Shown in pieces: positions 1 to 6,630 of a stretch of DNA of 11,104 bases. Origin of the DNA: Candidatus Latescibacterota bacterium. GTDB taxonomy: Bacteria > Latescibacterota > UBA2968 > UBA8231. Position 1 is the first letter of the stretch. The number at the start of each line of letters is the position of its first letter. Where the stretch lies: NCBI GenBank assembly GCA_965243025.1, contig CBDETY010000002.1, positions 1 through 11,104 of the forward strand, in the 5' to 3' direction. The notes beneath the pieces were generated by a model. The model saw only the letters and a program-made list of their open reading frames with translations, was not told the DNA's origin and ran no database searches. The position numbers were made by a program, and so were the translations under genes.

Positions 1-1
1 T

Positions 2-64
2 CAGCGGGAGGGGATCGCGGCGGTCAAGCGGCGGATTCACCAGATGCTGCCGCCGCCGGCGTGA
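2..64 (+). CDS. 3' end of an upstream gene (partial), hypothetical
   Basis: Open frame from the window edge reading QREGIAAVKRRIHQMLPPPA, stop TGA 62-64, with G/C-ending codons; followed by GC-rich hairpins. Confidence 0.5.
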   Translation, partial: QREGIAAVKRRIHQMLPPPA

Positions 65-239
65 AAGCCAGCCAGGTTTCCGTCAGCAGAAGCGGGGGGC
101 TCCGAGGAGTCTTCCGGCAAGCTGCCCCGCGAACGGGGCCCTGGGGCCTCCCGACCGCTTGACCTTCCCCGGATGAGGCAACCGGGGGTTTCCGGCTGCC
201 CCGGCCCGCCTGCCACCGGCCCCCCCGGCGACCTCAAGG

Positions 240-269
240 TTGACGCCCAGGCTCAAGTGGTGGTACCAT
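240..269 (+). promoter_or_regulatory. Putative sigma70-type promoter upstream of the pentapeptide gene
   Basis: TTGACG (240-245), 18-nt spacer, TACCAT (264-269) preceded by TG-G (extended -10). Confidence 0.5.
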
Positions 270-300
270 GCCGGTGCCGCATCACCAGCGGAAAGCCCGC

Positions 301-327
301 TTGTCGGGTCCTCCCGCTGAATACAAT
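301..327 (+). promoter_or_regulatory. Possible second promoter
   Basis: TTGTCG (301-306) and TACAAT (322-327), but the spacer is only 15 nt. Confidence 0.25.
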
Positions 328-399
328 AGCCCGCTCTACGGTCCGGTCCTGCAACCCGGGCCAGGGTGAATAGGCGGGACTTCCCTCGCATCTTTCCGC

Positions 400-1791
400 G
401 TGGTGATGTGGCAAGGCCCGGCTCCAGTGGGGGAGCCGGGGACCCCTTCGCCTGCTCACCGGGAAGGTGCAACCCTGACCCCGCCTCACGAGCCTCCACA
501 ACCCGCCCGCCCCCATCGGCCCGCCCTGTTCGGCCGCCTGGCCGACCGATTGCGGCTGCGCCTGGGATTCTCCAACCTCGCCGGTGCGGAACTGGCTGGC
601 TTGTACCTGGAATCCGAGGACCTGGCCGGGAAGAACCTGGCCGGAGCCAACCTTTCCGGGGCATGGCTGCAGTCCGCGACGCTGACCGGGACCAATCTGC
701 GCCGGGCACATCTGCGCGGGGTGATGCTGGGCAAGGCGACCTTGATCGGCGCCGATCTGACTGGATCGAACCTGCAAGGAGCTTGGTTGGGCGTAGCGGA
801 CCTGAGAGAAGCGAACCTGCCAAGAGCCGTACTGCTCGGGGCGATGCTGCCTCTGGCGAGATTGGATCGCGTGGACCTGAAACTCTCTCGGATGAGGAGT
901 GCCTATCTCCCATGGGCCGTGCTGAAGGAGGCAGACCTGACAGGGGCGGACCTGCGCGGTTCGAACCTGTCTGTGGCCTGCCTCATCAGGGCGAGGCTAC
1001 CGAGCGCAAACCTGGCGGGGGCGCGCCTGTCCGCGGCGAATCTCCAGGAAGCCGAGTTGGACAAGGCCTGCTTGGCAGGAGCTTGGTTGGGCCGGTCGAC
1101 TCTGCCCGGTGGCATCACAGGACGCGGTGGCGAACCCTGGAAACTGTCCGGTGCCGATCTGACTGGCGCACGCCTATCCGGGGCCGACCTACGCGGCGCG
1201 AACCTATCCTACGTCAACCTGTCCGGCGCCCACCTGGAAGGTGCGCTCCTGGACGGCGCCAATCTGCGTGGAGCCAACCTCAGCAACACGAAGCTGAGAG
1301 AAGCCCATCTGTTCGGCGCCTGGATGACGGATGCGGAGCTGGAAGGGGCGGACCTCTCCGAATCCACCCGAGGGACAGCGATCGGCCTCGGAAAGAAGTC
1401 CCAGCCTAGTCAACTGAAGATGGATTTTGACCCTTCGCTCGATGTTGGCCCGCCCAGAGATCCAGATGAAGAGGGGGAAAGGGAAGCACAAGCCGAGCCA
1501 CCTTTGTACCTGGCGATCTCTCAGGGCAACATCGACGCTGGGGTCCCGTTGGACCTTCTGAAGTGCCCCGCGGTCCTGGCACTGCACGAGGCGGGCTGGG
1601 CCTATGCGGAGGTCCAGCCCGACTGTGTCCTGGTGGCCACCGCCGGAGACCCGCGCTGGTACGAACTCCGAGCGTACTCTCCAGGGCCGGACTTGGTCGC
1701 TTGGCTGGATGCCTTCGATGAGCACGAATCCGTGCTCCCGTGCTCCTTCGTGCTCGAGCCGTTGGAGTTCGCCAGTTTCCTATGGGGATGA
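400..1791 (+). CDS. Pentapeptide-repeat protein with C-terminal domain of unknown function (domain X)
   Basis: About 574-1365 is a long A(D/N)Lxx array (NLAGA, NLSGA, ADLTG, ANLRG), followed by an acidic/Pro linker (PPRDPDEEGEREAQAEPP) and a globular tail homologous to ORF 4662-4973. Start uncertain (GTG 400 or ATG 406). Confidence 0.92.
   Translation: MVMWQGPAPVGEPGTPSPAHREGATLTPPHEPPQPARPHRPALFGRLADRLRLRLGFSNLAGAELAGLYLESEDLAGKNLAGANLSGAWLQSATLTGTNLRRAHLRGVMLGKATLIGADLTGSNLQGAWLGVADLREANLPRAVLLGAMLPLARLDRVDLKLSRMRSAYLPWAVLKEADLTGADLRGSNLSVACLIRARLPSANLAGARLSAANLQEAELDKACLAGAWLGRSTLPGGITGRGGEPWKLSGADLTGARLSGADLRGANLSYVNLSGAHLEGALLDGANLRGANLSNTKLREAHLFGAWMTDAELEGADLSESTRGTAIGLGKKSQPSQLKMDFDPSLDVGPPRDPDEEGEREAQAEPPLYLAISQGNIDAGVPLDLLKCPAVLALHEAGWAYAEVQPDCVLVATAGDPRWYELRAYSPGPDLVAWLDAFDEHESVLPCSFVLEPLEFASFLWG
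777..1092 (+). repeat. Intragenic direct repeats in the pentapeptide array
   Basis: AGGAGCTTGGTTGGGC at 777-792 and 1077-1092 (300 bp apart); GCCGATCTGACTGG at 751-764 and 1153-1166. Confidence 0.8.
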
Positions 1792-1847
1792 CATAGGGCC
1801 CAAGAGTACACCGACCCGAAGACCCCCTCTTCACAGGAACCGCCTCG

Positions 1848-2366
1848 ATGAACGCCCTTGCCTTCGCCTTCGCCCTCGCTCTGGCGGTCCCGGTGACCGC
1901 CGGCGAACGGGCCAACCGCACCATCGCCGCCGCCGACCGCGCCGTCGCCTACGCTGACCGCGCCAGCGACTACGCCGATCAAGTGGTCGCCGCCGCGGAT
2001 AGCTGCCGCGAGGCGTTCGGCCGGCTCAACGTGGGGGACTTCGAGACCTTCCGGCCAGTGGGACTGGATCTCGACAGACACGGCCGCGAGGCGGGCCGGG
2101 CTCTTCAACTCGCGGTGCGCTATGTCCGGAACGCCGAGGACGAGGCCGCTGCCGCATGGGCCGCACACGGCAGCGTTGAGGACTTGACCCGCGCCCGGGA
2201 GGCGCAACCGAAGGCCGTCAATCAAGCGGCCCAACGAGCCGACCAGGCCCACGAGCGCGCCCTCGAAGCTGCCGGCCGGGCGATGGAGGCGGCAAAGGCC
2301 GTGAAAGACCTGAAGTACCACGCCGCCCTCTTGGGTGCCCTCCTTCAGCGGGGTGGCCCGGAGTGA
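1848..2366 (+). CDS. Secreted Ala-rich alpha-helical/coiled-coil hypothetical protein
   Basis: AGGA upstream of ATG; hydrophobic N-terminus MNALAFAFALALAVPVTA ending in a V-T-A signal-peptidase-like site; heptad repeats; G/C-ending codons. Confidence 0.8.
   Translation: MNALAFAFALALAVPVTAGERANRTIAAADRAVAYADRASDYADQVVAAADSCREAFGRLNVGDFETFRPVGLDLDRHGREAGRALQLAVRYVRNAEDEAAAAWAAHGSVEDLTRAREAQPKAVNQAAQRADQAHERALEAAGRAMEAAKAVKDLKYHAALLGALLQRGGPE
1926..2009 (+). repeat. Four degenerate 21-bp (7-aa) tandem repeats
   Basis: AAADRAV / AYADRAS / DYADQVV / AAADSCR; the first two units are gccgccgccgaccgcgccgtc and gcctacgctgaccgcgccagc. Confidence 0.7.
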
Positions 2367-2396
2367 GTTTCTGCAGGGAGCGCTGGCGTACACCCA

Positions 2397-4658
2397 ATGA
2401 CCGTCTTCAGAACTAGGCGATTCCTCTGGCCGGCGTACGTCGTGGTGATGTGCCTGGTGTCGGCTGTCTGCTTTGGAAGCCTGAAGGACGACCTCCTGCT
2501 CGATGGGCACGACCTGGATACCTTCCAGGACAACGTCGCCATCGGAGAGGACTTCTCCTTCTTCTTCTCTTCGGAGAAGCAGCAACCCACCGGCCGCCCG
2601 GTCGCTGACCTGGTCAAGTACATCGCCTACGAGATCTGGGGGAACGATCCCGGCATCTTCCACCTGCTCGTCGTAGCCGTTCACACCCTTGCCGCCCTTC
2701 TCCTGGCAAGCCTGTCCTTGCGACTGGGGATGGGCCTCCGGCTCAGCCTGGCGGGAGGTCTGCTCTTCCTGGTCAACGTCGCGCACTTCCAGCCCCTCCA
2801 CTGGATCTCCGCCTTCGACTACCCCTTGGCCCTGGCGCTGGGTCTGGGCAGCGTGAGCTGCTACCTGCGTTACATCTCCACCCAGCGATGGGGATGGCTG
2901 CTGGGATTCTACCTTGCGTCGGCCCTCAGCATGGCGAGCCATGCGGCGATGGCCTTCCTGTGGCCCTTCTGTCTCTACCTGTCATGGATTCTCGGACAGG
3001 ACACGAGAACCACCATTCGTCTGCTTCTGCCTCTGCTCGTCCTGATGGTATCGGAACTGGCCTTGATCGTGGCCATGACTCCCGGCGAGAGACAGGCCTT
3101 CGCTCTGCATCAGGAGAGGGACGCCACCGAGTTATCTCTCGAGACGGGCAAAGTTCTGCTCTATCTTGGCAGCCGGCTGCTGACCACCGCCCACTGGTTG
3201 CCTCTTCCTGTCTACGAACTGCAGCCGTGGGAGCTATACGTGGGTGCCGGGGTACTTGCAGGCCTGGGCGTGCTGGTGTACCGGAGGGGCTCTCCGGGTT
3301 CGTTGTGGTCGGTCTGGGTCCTCCTGTCCCTGCTTCCCTTCCTGCCGATGAAAGATACCGAAGCGCTACTGGTTCACCCCGCCGGAGGACCCTCTCGTTA
3401 TCTCTACTTGGCCACGGCGGGGACCTCGCTGCTGCTCGCTTGGGGCATGGAGGAAGCCCGTTCGCGACTCGGAAGTGTCCTCAGGTCAGGCGGACGGTAC
3501 CTGCTGTACGCGGCCGTCCTGACCGGCATCCTACTGAGCAGCTATCACTTTCTGAAGCAGTCGGAAGCGATCTCCCTCTACTCATCGGGCAGGCACTACA
3601 TCGCCCGTGGCGACTATGAGACAGGCGTGGAGCAGTTCAAGCGCGCCATCGCCCAAGGGAGGGATGCGATCCCCTTGCACGATGCCTACAAGCGCATCTG
3701 TCACGTGGGGATGGGGATGGAGGGGACTGAGACCATCCTTGACGAGGCGTTGGCCGCCTTCCCCACGAGCGTGGTGCTGAACACCTACAAGCTGGCCTTC
3801 GACTCCCTGAAGCCCGATTCCGTGCTCTCGAGACGGGCGTGGGAGCAGCTGCAGGGCCTTCACGCCGGGGAATCTCAGATCAGGGTGGGGTCAGGGAGGC
3901 GCCTCGTCTGGACCGACCGGGACATCACCGCGAGGATCAGGCAGAGTATCCCCGGATTCTACCACAACACTGGGCAGAACCTGGGCACGGGATTGGTGAC
4001 CCTGGAAAACCTGGACAGGGCCATCCTCGCCTACCGGCGCGCCCTGGAGTTCGACCCGAGTAGAATGGTGACCTACGAGCACCTGGTCTCCGCCCTGGCC
4101 TCCGACGGGCGGCCAGACGAGGCCGTGATGGCCGCTCTGGAGGCGGTGGAGCGGAATCCCGAGGCGCCGGCTGGATTGCAGGTAGCGGCGTCGCTCGCCC
4201 TGTTGGCAGCAGGGAGAGCGGAGGAAGCGGTAGCACTCTGTCACCGGGCCCTGAAGGACGGGTCCCCCACCGAGGTGCAGTCGCAGGCGGTCATCGAGAT
4301 CTACGGCAAGGTTCTGAGTGGGCAATACGGAGAAGTGAGCAGCGCGGCGGCCAGCCTGATGGGGCACGATCTGTTGGAGGGCGGACGCGCCGAAGAGGAA
4401 GAGGCGGTCAGGGCCTTCCGGCAGGCCCTGGCGAAGGACGCGGAGAGCAGCCGCGCCCACTTCGGCCTGGCACTGGCTCTGTTGGCGCAGGGGCACGTGG
4501 AGGAAGCGGAGGCTCTATGCGGAAGAGGAGTGGCGAGGTTCGGCCGGGCCGCGGCGGAGGAGGCCGGTGCGGTGGAAGGTGTCCAGCGTCTCATCGCCGA
4601 GGGCCTCCAGGTGGAGGCGGCCCGGAGGATACTCGCTACCCACTGGCCGCAACTGTGA
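2397..4658 (+). CDS. Multi-pass membrane protein, GT-C/TMTC-like glycosyltransferase with C-terminal TPRs
   Basis: N-terminal TM then an acidic loop (DDLLLDGHDLD), GRP..FHLL...VH motif, LLFLV...HFQPLHWISA and a later SRYLYLA motif as in TMTC/PMT-type proteins; about 10 hydrophobic segments; TPR-like helices (AILAYRRALEFDP, AFRQALAKDAESSRAHFGLALAL). Confidence 0.8.
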   Translation: MTVFRTRRFLWPAYVVVMCLVSAVCFGSLKDDLLLDGHDLDTFQDNVAIGEDFSFFFSSEKQQPTGRPVADLVKYIAYEIWGNDPGIFHLLVVAVHTLAALLLASLSLRLGMGLRLSLAGGLLFLVNVAHFQPLHWISAFDYPLALALGLGSVSCYLRYISTQRWGWLLGFYLASALSMASHAAMAFLWPFCLYLSWILGQDTRTTIRLLLPLLVLMVSELALIVAMTPGERQAFALHQERDATELSLETGKVLLYLGSRLLTTAHWLPLPVYELQPWELYVGAGVLAGLGVLVYRRGSPGSLWSVWVLLSLLPFLPMKDTEALLVHPAGGPSRYLYLATAGTSLLLAWGMEEARSRLGSVLRSGGRYLLYAAVLTGILLSSYHFLKQSEAISLYSSGRHYIARGDYETGVEQFKRAIAQGRDAIPLHDAYKRICHVGMGMEGTETILDEALAAFPTSVVLNTYKLAFDSLKPDSVLSRRAWEQLQGLHAGESQIRVGSGRRLVWTDRDITARIRQSIPGFYHNTGQNLGTGLVTLENLDRAILAYRRALEFDPSRMVTYEHLVSALASDGRPDEAVMAALEAVERNPEAPAGLQVAASLALLAAGRAEEAVALCHRALKDGSPTEVQSQAVIEIYGKVLSGQYGEVSSAAASLMGHDLLEGGRAEEEEAVRAFRQALAKDAESSRAHFGLALALLAQGHVEEAEALCGRGVARFGRAAAEEAGAVEGVQRLIAEGLQVEAARRILATHWPQL

Positions 4659-4661
4659 GGC

Positions 4662-4973
4662 ATGGGGCCGATGCCGAAGCTCGACGCCTTGACCTTCCGC
4701 ATCCGTCAGGTGAATATCGAGGACGGGGTGCCGGGATCGGGCACCGACTGCGCGGCGGCGCTGGCGCTTCTGGACAAGGGGTGGGCCTTTGCGGAGGTCG
4801 ACATCGACTGCGTGCGCGTGGCCACGCACGGCGACTTGGAGCGCATCGCCGAAACCGGCGAGCCGGAGCCGCTGCGGACGTACCGTCGCAGTCCCGAGTT
4901 CGCCGCCTGGATGGCGGACTACGACGCGGATCGGCCCGTGCTACCGCGCTCGTTCGAGCTCCAGCCGCTGTGA
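4662..4973 (+). CDS. Small hypothetical protein: stand-alone domain X
   Basis: Starts 3 nt after the previous stop (alternative ATG 4671); G/C-ending codons; aligns by eye with 1516-1764 (GWAFAEV.DCV.VAT.GD and VLP.SF.L.PL). Confidence 0.85.
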   Translation: MGPMPKLDALTFRIRQVNIEDGVPGSGTDCAAALALLDKGWAFAEVDIDCVRVATHGDLERIAETGEPEPLRTYRRSPEFAAWMADYDADRPVLPRSFELQPL

Positions 4974-5454
4974 GGAGTGCAACGGCTCGATCCGCCAGCC
5001 CTGGACGGGGCGCCGGGCCATCGTCTGCAGCCCGGAGTGCCGGAACCAGCGCAAGGCCCGGCTTCGGCAGGCCGGGCGGGATCAGGCCGGGGACCGGGCC
5101 CGGTTGCGGCCGGACGCGCCGACGCCGTATCGTCCTCGGGAGAAGGTGGCCGCGGCGATCGCGGCGGCCGGCACCCTGCAGGGCGCGGCCGCGGTCCTCG
5201 GGATCGGCTGGACGGCCGCCGAGCGGCTGATCCGCTTCCACCGCCTCGGGGCGGCCTTGAAGCGGGCGAACGCCGCCCACCGGGCCGAGGCCGGGGCCCT
5301 GCCGGGCGAGCCGGGGGCGCCGCACGCCTCGGGCGTGCGCATCCGGAAGCTGCCGCCGAACGTCGGCGCCGGCGCCGAGCCGGCCGGCGGCACGGAGTGG
5401 CACGACCCGGCCCCGGAATGGCGTGGGCTGGTACAGATCGATCCTGACGCCTGA
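4969..5454 (+). CDS. Zn-finger (CxxC..CSxxC) plus HTH-like protein; start codon not identifiable
   Basis: CEEC-x16-CSPECR followed by a basic helix, then AAAIAAAGTLQGAAAVLGIGWTAAERLIRFHRL (Fis/HTH_8-like pattern). The only canonical in-frame start is TTG 4789, deep inside the upstream ORF. Confidence 0.65.
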   Translation, partial: CEECNGSIRQPWTGRRAIVCSPECRNQRKARLRQAGRDQAGDRARLRPDAPTPYRPREKVAAAIAAAGTLQGAAAVLGIGWTAAERLIRFHRLGAALKRANAAHRAEAGALPGEPGAPHASGVRIRKLPPNVGAGAEPAGGTEWHDPAPEWRGLVQIDPDA

Positions 5455-5503
5455 GTTCAGCAGGAGGGCCGACTGGTTGCCGGAACCAATCTGATCGCAG
5501 TCG

Positions 5504-5530
5504 CGCAGGGCTCGGCTTCGGAGCCCTGTG
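5504..5530. other. GC-rich stem-loop (possible terminator or REP-like element)
   Basis: CGCAGGGCTC-ggcttcg-GAGCCCTGTG, a 10-bp stem with one G.U pair; no clear U-tract. Confidence 0.5.
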
Positions 5531-5680
5531 CTCGGGGCTTTGGAGGGCCGTTCTGTCGTGGTGGTCAACCCGGCCCTGGGGACGTATGCGGGGCGGGTGG
5601 TGGCGACCGTGCGGGCCGATACGGTGACAGTCTCCGAGGTCCTGCTGCGGGAGGGTCTGGTGAAGAGGTATCGCCCTTGA
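5528..5680 (+). pseudogene. C-terminal fragment of a thermonuclease (SNase-like) gene
   Basis: Not in the ORF track. Reads VLGALEGRSVVVVNPALGTYAGRVVATVRADTVTVSEVLLREGLVKRYRP*, matching the SNase C-terminal pattern (D/G)xYGR.LA.V...vn..Ll.eGLA..Y. In-frame TGA at 5492, so the N-terminal catalytic half is missing. Confidence 0.65.
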
Positions 5681-5798
5681 CGGAAGAGCGGCCCGAGAAG
5701 TAGTTCTTCAGAACGAAAGCGGGGCCGCCTTTTCAGGCGGCCCCTGAAACCATCACCGCCCGGCTGGCACCGGGCGAAAAAAGGGGAAGGGAACCCCG
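5677..5798 (+). promoter_or_regulatory. Structured leader with hairpins and RBS
   Basis: TTGACG at 5677 (no good -10); perfect stem GGGGCCGCCT-tttc-AGGCGGCCCC (5721-5744); CGCCCGG-ctggca-CCGGGCG (5757-5776); purine-rich AAGGGGAAGGGA before ATG 5799. Confidence 0.55.
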
Positions 5799-6124
5799 AT
5801 GGACCTTTCTGCGTGGAGCAAGGTACCCTCGCTTCGTCCGCGCGTCAACCCGTATCTGCTCAGCGAGATCGGCGAGATCAGGCAGCGATTCGCCCTGTCT
5901 TCGCCGCCGAAGAGTTGGCCCGGAACATCCGGCAACAGGACGCCATGATCCGGCAGATGGCCTCATTCGGGCGCCGGCAGCCCTTGGCCTTCTCTTGGGA
6001 GTTGCCTGCGCCATCGCCACCGAGGCGCCGGTTCGAGATCCGGCACTACTTCCCGCCGACCGATGGCGAGGCGTGCGTCTACATCGAACCTCACCCGATC
6101 AGACCCGGGAGCCCCGCGCCATGA
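5799..6124 (+). CDS. Hypothetical protein, probably one frameshifted gene (or two coupled ORFs 5799-5948 and 5945-6124)
   Basis: ATG 5799 has a good RBS (MDLSAWSKVPSLRPRVNPYLLSEIGEIRQRFA...); gene-like codons switch to the 5813-6124 frame near 5895 (VFAAEELARNIRQQDAMIRQ...); stop overlaps the next ATG. Confidence 0.5.
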
Positions 6125-6417
6125 CCGGTATCGAATGGACCGCCCTTCTCGCCGTGGTCGCCGCCCTGGAGGTCACCGTCCTGGTGCCCCTGGTGGTGAT
6201 CCTGCATTCCCGCCTCTCCGCAGAGCTGAAGGCCCTGCATCGGGAGCAACAGGAAGAGCGCCGGGAGCACCGCAACCTGCTGCACCAGATCCGGGACGAC
6301 ACCCGCGTCACCGAGCGCCTGGCCCTGGAACAGAGCGGGCGCCTCACCCGGATCGAGTCTGCCACGGTCCCGCCCGAAGACGAGGACGCGCCCGACGACA
6401 GGGGCGACGACGGATGA
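6121..6417 (+). CDS. Small membrane protein with one TM helix, coiled coil and acidic tail (98 aa)
   Basis: True start is probably ATG 6121 (ATGA overlap), not 5995. MTGIEWTALLAVVAALEVTVLVPLVVILHSRL then LKALHREQQEERREHRNLLHQIRDD. Confidence 0.8.
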   Translation: MTGIEWTALLAVVAALEVTVLVPLVVILHSRLSAELKALHREQQEERREHRNLLHQIRDDTRVTERLALEQSGRLTRIESATVPPEDEDAPDDRGDDG

Positions 6418-6588
6418 CCACTCAACGGACTCCAAGACATGCAGCTGGCTTCGGCCTTCGCCCGGGCGGGCTGAGCCCGCCGCCCCGTGCGAAGAGACAA
6501 CCGGCCTAGCTGGTTCACCCACTTCTTCTGGGCGATGCTCGCCCTCCTGGCCGTGCGCGTCGCCCTGGGCTACTTGGGGATCTGGTAG
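6414..6588 (+). CDS. Small membrane peptide gene, apparently frameshifted
   Basis: ATG 6414 overlaps the previous stop and reads MTTQRTPRH...KRQPA* (stop 6509); another frame (GTG 6487 to TAG 6588) reads ...SWFTHFFWAMLALLAVRVALGYLGIW*, a clean TM helix. Confidence 0.45.
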
Positions 6589-6630
6589 AAGCCACCCACC
6601 ACAAGGGTTCCTGGCGAGCCCTCACATGCC

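Noticed and set aside
83-2942. Long alternative ORFs (83-913, 253-777, 366-1409, 1602-2942 and others)
   Set aside because: They overlap well-supported + strand genes; the periodicity of 253-777 just mirrors the pentapeptide repeats.
4789-4968. TTG 4789 as the real start of the Zn-finger/HTH protein
   Set aside because: It would overlap the domain X gene by about 185 bp and add a Ser/Arg/Thr-rich shadow-like N-terminus; possible but unlikely.
1516-4970. Domain X copies as a diversity-generating retroelement TR/VR pair
   Set aside because: Differences involve all bases and an indel rather than adenines only, both copies are coding, and no reverse transcriptase is present.
1792-6630. Integron cassette array suggested by co-oriented heterogeneous genes
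   Set aside because: No recurring attC-like RYYYAAC/GTTRRRY ends, several gaps are too short, and there is no integrase.
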